From an uncultured delta proteobacterium (GTDB lineage: Bacteria; Myxococcota; Myxococcia; Myxococcales; Myxococcaceae): a DNA stretch of 64,000 bases. A program made the translations under genes and the position numbers. Shown piece after piece: positions 45,606 to 54,594 of the stretch. The stretch is from NCBI GenBank assembly GCA_963796055.1, contig CAWCKH010000004.1, forward strand, positions 1,920,001 through 1,984,000, given 5' to 3'. Each line of letters opens with the position of its first letter. The first letter of the stretch is position 1. Below the pieces are notes generated by a model, which was not told the origin of the DNA, did no database searches, and was given only the letters and a program-made list of their open reading frames with translations.

Positions 45606-46450
45606 GTCGCTCCCTCCGACCACAGCCACAGCGTCGCGTACCCCCGCCACGGGCGCCAGCGCTCCGCGCGCCGCTCCACCTCGCCGGCGCTCGCCAGGTG
45701 CCGCCCCCGTCCGAGCGCCCGGCGGAGACCGAGGTCCGCCGCAGGCAGCGCATCGGCATCGCCCAGCGCCCGGAGGGCGACGATGGAGGCGGTCCAGGGG
45801 CCGATTCCGCGGATGGCGCGTAGCGCGCTCTCCACCTCCGCCAGCGAACAGGTGCCGTCGAGCCGGAGCGCGCCCGAGCAGACCGCCCGGGCGAGGGCGC
45901 GCACCACCGGCGCCCGGAGCCGCAGCCCGGGGACCTCCTCGAGCGGCGCGCTGGCCAGTGTCTCGGGCGTGGGGAAGCCGCGCCACGGTCCACCGGGCAG
46001 GCCGGGGAACGGAGTCCCGAACGCCTCCACGAGTCGCCGGGCGACCGTCACCGCGGCCGCGACCGAAATCTGCTGCCCGATGACCGCCCGGACCGCCGTC
46101 TCGAATGGCTCCCACGCTCCGGGGACCCGCAGCCCGGGCCGCCTGGCAATGGCCCGGCGAAGCCGCCGGTCGCTCTGGAGCGTCCTGCGGACCTCCCGCA
46201 CGTCGGTCCGGGTGTCGAACAGCCGCTCGAGGCGCGTCCGGGTCGCGGCGTCCAGGGGGATCGGCGTCTCGACCGCGAGCACACCCGTGCGGACCCTGAC
46301 GCGGAGGAGCGCGGGCTGCCCACCGACGAGCGCCGCCCGTTCCCAGGCGGAGCCGTCCACGCGTTCGACGCCCGGAAGGGCACGGGCTCCCAGAAACTGG
46401 AGCACCCACCGAGCGTCATAGGGCCGCGTGACAGTGAGCATCGCTTCCAT
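45602..46450 (-). CDS. alkA: DNA-3-methyladenine glycosylase II (AlkA N-terminal + HhH), no Ada domain
   Basis: PYD..W.L.FL..RA.PGVE, GLRVPG..EPFE.AVRA.IGQQIS, IRGIGPWTA, DALPAADLG, WRPWRGYA. Confidence 0.92.
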   Translation of the reverse strand: MEAMLTVTRPYDARWVLQFLGARALPGVERVDGSAWERAALVGGQPALLRVRVRTGVLAVETPIPLDAATRTRLERLFDTRTDVREVRRTLQSDRRLRRAIARRPGLRVPGAWEPFETAVRAVIGQQISVAAAVTVARRLVEAFGTPFPGLPGGPWRGFPTPETLASAPLEEVPGLRLRAPVVRALARAVCSGALRLDGTCSLAEVESALRAIRGIGPWTASIVALRALGDADALPAADLGLRRALGRGRHLASAGEVERRAERWRPWRGYATLWLWSEGAT

Positions 46451-46502
46451 CGGGAGAGGAGCCTCGAAGAGGGGATGCCCGGGTGTCTTGTCGGTTCCTG
46501 CA

Positions 46503-46554
46503 GAGGTGTTTGACACCTCCACGGAGACACCTCCACGGACGACACCTCCACGGA
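46503..46554 (+). repeat. Three 14-bp direct repeats GACACCTCCACGGA preceded by an inverted partial copy
   Basis: Copies at 46512-46525, 46526-46539 and 46541-46554; GAGGTGT-TTG-ACACCTC hairpin at 46503-46519. Confidence 0.9.
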
Positions 46555-46557
46555 GGA

Positions 46558-46640
46558 TGACGTGTTCCTGTGTGGGAGAATGACCCACGAACCTGAGTTC
46601 AGTAGGTCTAAAATACATCAGGAACAGAATAGTCACGTCC
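46558..46640. ncRNA. Candidate structured RNA / regulatory element (unassigned)
   Basis: AT-richer island. GACGTG/CACGTC and TGTTCCTG/CAGGAACA stems enclose the hairpins GTGGG-AGAATGA-CCCAC and GAAC-CTGA-GTTC. Confidence 0.35.
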
Positions 46641-46764
46641 GCCCGTCCGCACTCCTGGCCTGGAATCGCCTCCGGACTGGTCGGGCTTCGCGCCCGTCCC
46701 TACCTCCATCGCTCGACTTCAACGCCGGGCGGACCTTCGGGGCCGCCGACAGGAGGGTAGGACC

Positions 46765-47028
46765 TTGGGCATCATCACCATGATCGTGATCGGCCTGGTG
46801 GCAGGACTCATCGCCCGGGCCATCGTCCCCGGCCGGCAGTCCATGGGCGTGCTCGCCACCATGCTCCTGGGCATCGTGGGCAGCTTCGTCGGTGGCCTGC
46901 TCGGTTCGCTGTTCAGCAGCGATGGCAACCTCATGGAGCTCCGGCCATCGGGGCTCCTGTGGTCGGTCATCGGCGCCGTCGTCGTCCTGCTGCTGGTGGG
47001 GTTCGCCGGCCGCCGCCGCGCGGTCTAG
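46765..47028 (+). CDS. GlsB/YeaQ/YmgE (transglycosylase-associated) membrane protein
   Basis: IVIGLVAGLIARAIVPG, LLGIVGSFVGG, SVIGAVVVL; AGGAGG RBS and TTG start. Confidence 0.9.
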   Translation: MGIITMIVIGLVAGLIARAIVPGRQSMGVLATMLLGIVGSFVGGLLGSLFSSDGNLMELRPSGLLWSVIGAVVVLLLVGFAGRRRAV

Positions 47029-47138
47029 GTCAGGGCGGCCGCAGTCGAGATCCGGGTCAGGGTGTCGTCAGGTGGACTGCAGTCGGCGAGGTCCGGGCGG
47101 CCGCAGTCAGCGATGCCCTACAGGTTCCTAGCGGGCCG

Positions 47139-48359
47139 TCACCCCAGCACCGGTGACCCGGGCCGAAACCCCGGGAACACCATCGAGGCATCGCCCAGGT
47201 CGAGCTGGGCCCGCGCTGCTTCCCAGAGTACCGAGCGGACGTCGGTGCCGATCGCCAGGTCCCGCTCCTCGAAGAGCTCGGACCTGGCGAGCCCGCGGTA
47301 GCCGCCCACCACGCGACCACCGCGCACGCCGCCCCCGAGGGCCAGCGTGACCGAGGCGGTTCCGTGGTCGGTCCCGCGGTTGCCGTTCTCGCGCGCGGTT
47401 CGACCGAACTCGGTCATCACCACCACCCGGGTGTCCGCCCAGCGCGGACCGAGATCGCGGGCGAAGGCGGCCAGCGCGCCGCCGAGCTCGGAGAGCCGCG
47501 CCGCGAGCTGCCCCTTCTCCGCACCCTCGCCGACGTGGGTGTCCCACCCGCCCATGTCGGTGGCCGCAACCTGAAGCCCCACGCCCGAGCGGATGAGCCG
47601 GGCGACGTCCTGGAGCCGGCGGGCGATGGGGGCGTTGCCGTACTCGGCGCCGTTCGCCGGCGGCAGCTGGGCCACCCTGGCCGATCCGGCCTCGCGCAGC
47701 GCCTCGAAGGTCTCCATCCCCGTGGTGCGCAGCGCGGTATCCACGGCCTGGGCGTAGAGCGCGTCGAAGGCGTTGCTCTCGCCTGGTCCGCCCGGAAGCC
47801 GGAACTGCCCGAGCGACGACATGGCCACCGCCGGCGCGTCGCCCACCAGCATCCGGGGGAGCGTGGGCTGCACCGCCACCACCCGGAACGCGCCGTCCGG
47901 GCCCGGGGCCCGCTGCACCGCGCGGTTCAGCCAGCCGTCGGCGGTGGACTTGGTGCCCGGGGTGCCGCTTTCGCAGAAGTCCTGCGCGTCGAAGTGCGAG
48001 CGGGTCGCTCCGGGCAACCCGGCGGCGTGCACGATGCCCAGCGTCCCCTCGCTCCAGAGTGGCAGCAGCGGGGCGAGCGCCGGATGCAGGGCGAAGACGT
48101 CGTCGAGCCGGATCGCGCCCCCCTCCTTCCCCGGCGGCGCGAGCGCCAGGGTCGGACGCGCGGCGCGGTACGCCGGGTCACCCACCGGGGGGACGATGGA
48201 CAGGCCGTCGGCGCCGCCCCGGAGGAAGACGAGCACCAGCGTCCTTCCCGAGCCCTGCGTCGAGGCGGCGAGCGCGCGCCCGAGGAAGCCCGGAAGCGCA
48301 CCGAGCGCCGCGAGCGCGCCGGCGGAGCGAAGAAGCTGTCGACGGGAGAGGTGGCTCAT
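47139..48359 (-). CDS. DUF1501 Tat-exported protein
   Basis: SRRQLL; FLRGGADGL, LHP, RSHFDAQ, GWLNR, GGWDTH, TEFGRT..EN..GTDHG. Confidence 0.92.
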   Translation of the reverse strand: MSHLSRRQLLRSAGALAALGALPGFLGRALAASTQGSGRTLVLVFLRGGADGLSIVPPVGDPAYRAARPTLALAPPGKEGGAIRLDDVFALHPALAPLLPLWSEGTLGIVHAAGLPGATRSHFDAQDFCESGTPGTKSTADGWLNRAVQRAPGPDGAFRVVAVQPTLPRMLVGDAPAVAMSSLGQFRLPGGPGESNAFDALYAQAVDTALRTTGMETFEALREAGSARVAQLPPANGAEYGNAPIARRLQDVARLIRSGVGLQVAATDMGGWDTHVGEGAEKGQLAARLSELGGALAAFARDLGPRWADTRVVVMTEFGRTARENGNRGTDHGTASVTLALGGGVRGGRVVGGYRGLARSELFEERDLAIGTDVRSVLWEAARAQLDLGDASMVFPGFRPGSPVLG

Positions 48360-49981
48360 TGATTCTGGAACTCCGGTGCACCGAGCAGCAGGCCCACCAG
48401 CTTCGCCCCGTCGATGGGGCGTCGCTCGCCGTCGGGCATCACCTCGGAGGCCCCCAGCGCCGCGAGCACGGTGGCGCGGGTCTGCTCGCCCAGGGGCCGG
48501 TGGAGGATGGCGCGCGCGGTCCGGTCCACCACCTGTTCCGGAGCCCCGTCGACCGGTGGAAGCGGCACCTCGGTGCCGGTGAGCCGGCCGGCGGCCAGCC
48601 TCAGCCCGAAGTCGATGCGGGCCACCAGCGCGCCCGGGTTCACCCACGGCTGCGCCGCCTCGGGCCAGCCGGTGGGAGGCTGCGCGCGGTAGAGGGGCTG
48701 GCCCATCCGGTTCAAGGCCTGCACCACGGGCACATCGCCGGCGGTCGTCCCGCCGAGCGCGCGCACCGCCGACACGGTGAACTCCAGCGGGGTCTTCACC
48801 TTGCTGCCGCGGGCAGCGTCGCTCCAGAACTCGGGGCTCTCGAACAGGGCGCGGTAGGTGGCGGTCAGGTCGCCGCCGGTCCGGAGGAAGACCTGGGCCA
48901 CCCGCTCCACCAGCTCCGCCGGCGGCGCGTCGATGACGAACTTCTGCGCCAGCTTCCGGGCGATGAAGCGGGCCGTGGAGGGGTGCGTGGCGAGCAGGTC
49001 CAGCACCCGCTCGCCATCCTCGATTCCTCCGCCGGCGGGAATCTCCACGCCGAGGACGTGCTTGCTCCCGCGGTCGTGCGCCATGGGGTGGAACTCGAAG
49101 CCGCCGTCCTCGTTCGGCTTGCGGATGCCCCAGCCGGTGAAGCAGCGGGCCACCTCGCGCACGTCCTCCTGGGTGTAGCCGCCGTCGACCCCGAGCGTGT
49201 GCAGCTCGAGCAGCTCGCGGGCGTAATTCTCGTTCAGGCCCAGGCGCCCCCGCCTCGGGGTCGAGAAGCCCTCGCGGGTCGAGGCCCAGTTGTCGAGGTA
49301 GAAGAGCATCGCCGGATGGTGGGCCACCGCGCCGAGCAGGCTGCGGAAGCTTCCGAAGATGTGCGGACGGATCGCCTCCCGCTCGTACGGCGACACCATC
49401 CACCGGACCGCGCCCTTGTCCGCCGAGACGTTGAAGTGGTTGAACCAGAAGTCCACCAGCGTTTCTTGCAGCTGGCGCCGGCTCTCGGTAGCACGGATGA
49501 GTCGCGCGGCGACCAGCTCGGCGCCCACCTGTCGCGGGAGGTGGAACAGGTCCACCGCCCCGGCCAGCTCCGCCCGGAGCGCCTGGGGGCTCTTTCCCTC
49601 GAGCGAGATGCCCTTCGCCTCGGCCACCTTCTTCACCCGGGGGTAGCGGGCGACGAGCTCGCCGGTGCTCATGGCCAGGGAGGGGAAGTCCGCCAGGCGC
49701 TTCTCCACGGCGCCGTCGTCGATGTCGGCGGGCCGGAGCTGCCAGGCAATCCATGCCGCGGGCCCCATCTCCTCGACCTGACGGAGGTCCCCGGGCGAGG
49801 GACCGTAGGCGAGCCGGTCCAGCACGTGGACCGCCTGCTCCTCGGCGGACCAGGAGACGCGGGGGAGCTGCAGCGCCCCCGGCCCGCCCGGGGCGATGGT
49901 ACCGGGCGCCGGGCTGCCGCTCCCCGACGACGCGGTGGCGCAGCCGAGGAGCAGGACGAGGGCCGGCAGGGCGAAACGCAT
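48356..49981 (-). CDS. DUF1800 family lipoprotein
   Basis: LLGC lipobox; H.LDRL.YGP, FWFNHFNV, AML.YLDN, NENYARELLELHTLG, YTQEDV, PEFQ. Confidence 0.92.
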   Translation of the reverse strand: MRFALPALVLLLGCATASSGSGSPAPGTIAPGGPGALQLPRVSWSAEEQAVHVLDRLAYGPSPGDLRQVEEMGPAAWIAWQLRPADIDDGAVEKRLADFPSLAMSTGELVARYPRVKKVAEAKGISLEGKSPQALRAELAGAVDLFHLPRQVGAELVAARLIRATESRRQLQETLVDFWFNHFNVSADKGAVRWMVSPYEREAIRPHIFGSFRSLLGAVAHHPAMLFYLDNWASTREGFSTPRRGRLGLNENYARELLELHTLGVDGGYTQEDVREVARCFTGWGIRKPNEDGGFEFHPMAHDRGSKHVLGVEIPAGGGIEDGERVLDLLATHPSTARFIARKLAQKFVIDAPPAELVERVAQVFLRTGGDLTATYRALFESPEFWSDAARGSKVKTPLEFTVSAVRALGGTTAGDVPVVQALNRMGQPLYRAQPPTGWPEAAQPWVNPGALVARIDFGLRLAAGRLTGTEVPLPPVDGAPEQVVDRTARAILHRPLGEQTRATVLAALGASEVMPDGERRPIDGAKLVGLLLGAPEFQNQ

Positions 49982-50040
49982 GCTGATGACCTCGAACACC
50001 GGGGCGGCCAGCGAGTTGCCCCAGCCCGTCACGTTGGCTG

Positions 50041-50056
50041 TGGCACACGCAACGCG
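50041..50056 (+). promoter_or_regulatory. Candidate sigma54 promoter for amtB
   Basis: TGGCACACGCAACGCG: perfect -24 TGGCAC and correct GG-N10-GC spacing, but a weak -12. Confidence 0.45.
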
Positions 50057-50077
50057 TCAATGCGACAGTCGGGGTCC

Positions 50078-51385
50078 ATGGACCGACCGACCGTCCGGCC
50101 TGCTGGCCTGGCCCTCTGCGCCGCCGTCCTCTGCCTCCCCGCAAGCGCCTGGGCGCAGCCCACAGAGGTCCGCGCGGACTCGGGGGACACGGCCTGGATG
50201 CTGGTGAGCGCCGCCCTGGTGCTCCTCATGACCCCGGGGCTGGCGCTCTTCTACGGCGGGATGGTGCGGCGGAAGAACGTGCTGGCCACCCTGATGTACA
50301 GCCACTTCGCGCTGGCGCTGGTGACGGTGCAGTGGGTGTTCTTCGGCTACTCGCTGACGTTCGGGAAGACGCACGGCGGGGTCATCGGCGGGTTCGACCA
50401 CCTCCTCTTGAACGGGATGGCGGGGACGTTGAAGGGCAGCGTTCCGGCGCTGGTCTTCATGGCCTTCCAGATGAAGTTCGCCATCATCACCCCGGCGCTG
50501 ATCAGCGGCGCCTTCGTGGAGCGCATGAAGTTCAGCGCCTACGTGGCCTTCACCTTGCTCTGGAGCACGCTGGTCTACGACCCCATCGCCCACTGGGTAT
50601 GGGCCGACGGCGGGTGGATGGCGACGCTGGGCGTGCTCGACTTCGCCGGCGGCACGGTGGTGCACTGGAATGCGGGCGTATCGGCGCTCGTCTGCGCGCT
50701 GTTCATCGGGAGGCGGGTCGGGTACGGGCGCGAGAAGTTCATCCCCCACGACCTGCCGATGACCATCACCGGCGCCGGGCTGCTCTGGTTCGGCTGGTTC
50801 GGGTTCAACGCCGGCAGCGCGCTCTCCGCAGGGCAGACCGCGGCCCTGGCCTTCGCCACGACGCACATCGCGGCGGCGACCGGGGCGATGGCCTGGGTGG
50901 TGGCCGAGTGGGTGTTCCGGAGGAAGCCCACCCTCCTCGGCTTCGTCTCCGGTCTGGTCGCCGGCCTGGTGGCCATCACCCCCGCGGCGGGATTCGTCTC
51001 CCCGGCCGCCTCGCTGGTCATCGGAGCGCTGGCCGGTCTGGTCTGCTGGGGCGCGGTGCAGCTCAAGGAGCGCAGGTTCCACTACGACGACTCGCTCGAC
51101 GCCTGGGGCGTGCACGGGGTGGGCGGCATGCTGGGCGCGCTCCTGGTGGGGGTGTTCTCCCGCAAGGCGCTGAATCCGGCCGGTGCCGACGGACTGCTGG
51201 CCGGGGACCCTTCGCTGCTCGGGAAGCAGGCGCTGGGCCTGCTCGTCGCCGGAGCGTACGCGGCGGTGATGACCCTCGGCATCCTCTTCGTGCTGGACCG
51301 CGCGATGGGGCTCCGCGTCCACGAGGACGAGGAGCGCGAGGGGCTCGACGCCACCCAGCACGGCGAGGCGGCGTACACCTCGTAG
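50078..51385 (+). CDS. amtB: Ammonium transporter
   Basis: GDTAWML.SAALVLLMTPGLALFYGG, FQMKFAIITPAL, DFAGGTVVH, LWFGWFGFNAGS, DDSLD..GVHG. Confidence 0.97.
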   Translation: MDRPTVRPAGLALCAAVLCLPASAWAQPTEVRADSGDTAWMLVSAALVLLMTPGLALFYGGMVRRKNVLATLMYSHFALALVTVQWVFFGYSLTFGKTHGGVIGGFDHLLLNGMAGTLKGSVPALVFMAFQMKFAIITPALISGAFVERMKFSAYVAFTLLWSTLVYDPIAHWVWADGGWMATLGVLDFAGGTVVHWNAGVSALVCALFIGRRVGYGREKFIPHDLPMTITGAGLLWFGWFGFNAGSALSAGQTAALAFATTHIAAATGAMAWVVAEWVFRRKPTLLGFVSGLVAGLVAITPAAGFVSPAASLVIGALAGLVCWGAVQLKERRFHYDDSLDAWGVHGVGGMLGALLVGVFSRKALNPAGADGLLAGDPSLLGKQALGLLVAGAYAAVMTLGILFVLDRAMGLRVHEDEEREGLDATQHGEAAYTS

Positions 51386-51411
51386 GAAGGAAGCTCCGAC
51401 GGCCCGGATGC

Positions 51412-52062
51412 TCAGGGTCGCAGCGAGCGACGCCGGTCGAAGGCGGCTGCCCAGGGGACCAGCAGCCAGAGCGAGAGGCTGACCCACGCCACGGCGGTCG
51501 CGGACGGAGGCGGGGGGCCGAGGAAGTTCGAGGCCTCGGCGAGCACGAGAAAGGCGACGAATCCGACGAGCCCCCACCGTCCGCCCGGAGTCCGCGGCTC
51601 GGTTCCCCGCACGTAGAGCGCGAGTCCGCCGAAGAAGAACAGCGCCTCCAGCGCGAGCGCCGCGGCAGGAACGTTCCACAGCCCCAGTCCGACGCGGATC
51701 GCGCCGCCCGGCACCAGCGGCAGGTCCGGGCGATGGACCAGCAGATCGAGCACCCAGTGGCTGGCGACGCATGCACCGACGACGAGCCCAGCTCGCCGGC
51801 CCTGGCGGAGGGCGATCGCCCCTCCCACCAGCAGCGCCCAGACCAGGGCGGCGGCGAGCGAGTGCGTCCACGGGTAGTACTCGAAGTCCAGCGGGGTCAG
51901 CCGGGTGTTCCCGGGCGCGATCCGGACCCGTTCCCAGCCGAGCAGGAGGAAGATTGGCCAGAGCAGGTCCGCCCACTGCGCAGCAAGGACCAGCACGCCG
52001 AGGGAGGTGCGGGGGCTCGCTCGCCGCGCGGCAAACGCCACCCCGTAGTGGCCGATGAACAT
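51412..52062 (-). CDS. Membrane metal-dependent hydrolase-like protein
   Basis: MFIGH, AAQ..DLLW, YPWTHSL, SHWVLD..VH.PDL, GLGLW. Confidence 0.8.
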   Translation of the reverse strand: MFIGHYGVAFAARRASPRTSLGVLVLAAQWADLLWPIFLLLGWERVRIAPGNTRLTPLDFEYYPWTHSLAAALVWALLVGGAIALRQGRRAGLVVGACVASHWVLDLLVHRPDLPLVPGGAIRVGLGLWNVPAAALALEALFFFGGLALYVRGTEPRTPGGRWGLVGFVAFLVLAEASNFLGPPPPSATAVAWVSLSLWLLVPWAAAFDRRRSLRP

Positions 52063-52115
52063 CGCCGCCGCAGCCTGCCAGCTTCGGGGGACCGGGTGGG
52101 ACTCCTCGGTGCCGG

Positions 52116-53324
52116 CTACTGCGTCACCGGAGTGCGAGTGCAGTCGTAGGTGAGCGGGATGCGTCCGCTCGGCGCGGCCACCATCTCGAAATCCGAGACC
52201 TGGAGCAGCGCGAGGTCCCTCGGGCCGAGGTACGCCGCGGCGCTCCGATCCATCGTCAGCGGGATGTTGCCTCCGTCGGCGAGGATCATCCCGTACTTCT
52301 GCAGCGCGACGGCCACCGCCCGCGCCGCGGCGTTCGGCAGCCGCGAGAGGTCGAATGAGGACCGCAGGCGGAACCGCGCCCCGTAGGGTGGGTAGAGCGC
52401 GTCGCCGCTCGGCGCGCCGGCGTGCGTCGCCGGGTGCACGAACACCGCGGCCGCCATCCGGGGGTTGGGGAGGATGAAGCGCAGCGCATGCGGGACGACG
52501 CCGGCCTGCAGCTCGGCGCCGGTGACCAGGAGAGGAGCGATGGGCAGCCCGGCCGCGTCGGCGCTGGTGCACTGGTCGCCGCGGCTGTACGGCGTCCCCG
52601 GCTGCCAGTAGTCGCGGTCCAGGTCCCAGACCACCGCGCAGACCGTGGTGAAGGGCGAGCCGGTGGACAGGCCGCCGGCGATGTTCGCCTGGTACAGCTC
52701 GTACAGACGCCGGCCCTGGTACACCAGCAGGTGGCAGTCGTTCCGCGTCGTGTCGCAGGCGTAGCTGGTCGAGCCCTCGGTCGTTCCGCCCGGAGGAACC
52801 GGGACCGGTACCTGGTCACAGTCGGGCGAGTAGTACCCCGCGGCCGGGGTGAAGGCGCGCGGTTGCACCGTGCCGTCTGCGTGCAGCACGTCGAAGCTGA
52901 AGTCGATCTGCATCGCCCCGGAACCCCAGCCGGCGTCCGCCAGGTGGGCGATGATCGCCGTCGAGCTCGTGTCGAGCGGGGCGCCGGAGATGTCCTGGTA
53001 GATCGTCGCGCTCGCCGGGAAGCGGTCGGGGGCGCCGGTTCCGCCGTCGCCGCCGGAGGTGCCACCGTCCGGAGCGCCGGCATCGGGTCGACCGCCATCC
53101 GGCCGCCCGCCGTCGCCGCCGCCTGCGTCGCCGTTCCCGCCATCGGGACCGCTCCCGCCGCCACTTCCCAGGAGCTGGAGTCCGGGGTCCACCGTCGGGT
53201 CGCCGATCTGCCCGGTGCATGCGCCGAGGACGAGGACCGTCGCTGCGCCCAGCACCGCTCTGCCGACCGTCGGGCAGAACGGACTCCGGGCGGTGCGCAG
53301 GCGCGCGACGTGCTGCGAGAACAT
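52116..53324 (-). CDS. Uncharacterised lipoprotein with DGG/DAG-rich linker
   Basis: LGAC lipobox; Gly/Asp-rich spacer; DCHLLV, SADAAG.PI, HALRF, YGARFRL, ALQKYGMILADGG. Confidence 0.7.
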   Translation of the reverse strand: MFSQHVARLRTARSPFCPTVGRAVLGAATVLVLGACTGQIGDPTVDPGLQLLGSGGGSGPDGGNGDAGGGDGGRPDGGRPDAGAPDGGTSGGDGGTGAPDRFPASATIYQDISGAPLDTSSTAIIAHLADAGWGSGAMQIDFSFDVLHADGTVQPRAFTPAAGYYSPDCDQVPVPVPPGGTTEGSTSYACDTTRNDCHLLVYQGRRLYELYQANIAGGLSTGSPFTTVCAVVWDLDRDYWQPGTPYSRGDQCTSADAAGLPIAPLLVTGAELQAGVVPHALRFILPNPRMAAAVFVHPATHAGAPSGDALYPPYGARFRLRSSFDLSRLPNAAARAVAVALQKYGMILADGGNIPLTMDRSAAAYLGPRDLALLQVSDFEMVAAPSGRIPLTYDCTRTPVTQ

Positions 53325-53405
53325 GGCAGGCTCGTTGCCGACTCTACCGATCACGGGTCAGGCGACGAGAGGAGCCGGGATGCGGGGGTGTGGGACAGCG
53401 GAGCG

Positions 53406-54416
53406 ATGAGGCGTCTCCTGGTCGGGCTGCGGCTGACGCTCGGGTACGCCGGCACCCTGCTCGCGACCGCGGTCCGGCGGTTGACCCGGCCGCCGCTGCG
53501 CCCGTCCTGGACCATCGGCGACGAGGCGCGGGCGTCGTTCCTCCGTGCGTTCTGGCGACGTCTGCATGCCATGCCGGTGGAGGCCCGCCGCAGGGAGATC
53601 GACTCGGTTCCGGTGCTTCTGCCTGCCGCGCTGCTGCGGACGACGCGCAGGCGCGAATCGCTGGCCGGCGTGCCGGTGACCTGGGTGACCCCGCGCGCCG
53701 GGGCCGAGCCGCGGCTGGTGCTCTACGTCCACGGCGGCACCTTCACCATCGGCTCCTCTCACATGGTGCGCGATCTGCTCGCCCGCCTCGCCCTGGCGAG
53801 CCGGGCACGGGTCCTCTCGATCGATTACCGGCTGGCCCCGGAGCACCCGTGGCCGGCGGGTCTCGACGACGTTCGGGCGGTGTGGCGGGCGGCGCTGGTC
53901 GAGCACGGGCCGGCGCAGGTCGTGCTCGCCGGAAACTCGGCCGGTGGCAACCTGATGCTCGCGCTGCTGGCCGATCTCCGCGACCGGGGTGAGCCGCTCC
54001 CGGCGGGAGCGGTGCTGCTCTCGCCCTGGGTGGACCTCCGCTGCACCGCCCCGTCCTTCCAGGCGAACGCGGATGCCGACTTCCTCGATCGCCAGGCGAT
54101 GCTCCGCGACGCGGCCGAGGTGGCCGCGGGCCGAGACCCCGGTGAGCCCGCGCTCTCACCACTCCGGGCGGACCTCTCCGGCCTGCCGCCGCTGTACCTC
54201 CAGCTCGGCGGGGCCGAGGTGCTCCGGGACGACGTGCAGGCGTTCGCCACCCGGGCCCGCGCCGCGGGCGTGCGGACGACGCTCGACGTCTGGGAAGACC
54301 AGGTGCACGACTTCCAGACCTTCGGGGCGCTGTCGCGGACCAGCCTCGAGGCCATCGCCCAGGCAGGTGAGGCGGTGCAGATCTTCACCCCGGTGCTCAA
54401 GATGGCGCGCGCCTGA
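53406..54416 (+). CDS. Alpha/beta hydrolase (HSL-family esterase)
   Basis: LYVHGG, DYRLAPEHP.PA, GNSAGG, SPW.DL, E.L.DD, HDF. Confidence 0.92.
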   Translation: MRRLLVGLRLTLGYAGTLLATAVRRLTRPPLRPSWTIGDEARASFLRAFWRRLHAMPVEARRREIDSVPVLLPAALLRTTRRRESLAGVPVTWVTPRAGAEPRLVLYVHGGTFTIGSSHMVRDLLARLALASRARVLSIDYRLAPEHPWPAGLDDVRAVWRAALVEHGPAQVVLAGNSAGGNLMLALLADLRDRGEPLPAGAVLLSPWVDLRCTAPSFQANADADFLDRQAMLRDAAEVAAGRDPGEPALSPLRADLSGLPPLYLQLGGAEVLRDDVQAFATRARAAGVRTTLDVWEDQVHDFQTFGALSRTSLEAIAQAGEAVQIFTPVLKMARA

Positions 54417-54594
54417 GCGCGCTCGTGCTTGCGAGGACGGGCGGGGTGGTTGGCTGCCCCTGCGGACGTCGTGAACGCTGGGGAGACCGCCGAGCAGGGA
54501 CCCGGCGGCCTGCGCGATTTCCCGCGCTCCGGATGACCGGGGCTGATCCGAGGTCGACCCGGGAGACCGCGATCGTTGCAGCCCGGGTTTCCCG

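Noticed and set aside
46512..46554. Direct repeats as a mini-CRISPR array
   Set aside because: Repeats are only 14 bp with 0-1 bp between them, so there are no spacers, and no cas genes are in the window.
46451..46636. N-terminal extension of AlkA (344-aa ORF) as an Ada-like domain
   Set aside because: No Ada Cys-zinc motif or AraC HTH, and atypical codon usage; it is read-through of the non-coding island.
46558..46640. Assignment as hammerhead, hatchet, twister or pistol ribozyme, a riboswitch, or retron msr-msd
   Set aside because: Only superficial motif similarity (GAGAAU, UAAAA). Required cores such as CUGANGA/GAAA were not found, and there is no reverse transcriptase nearby. Left unassigned.
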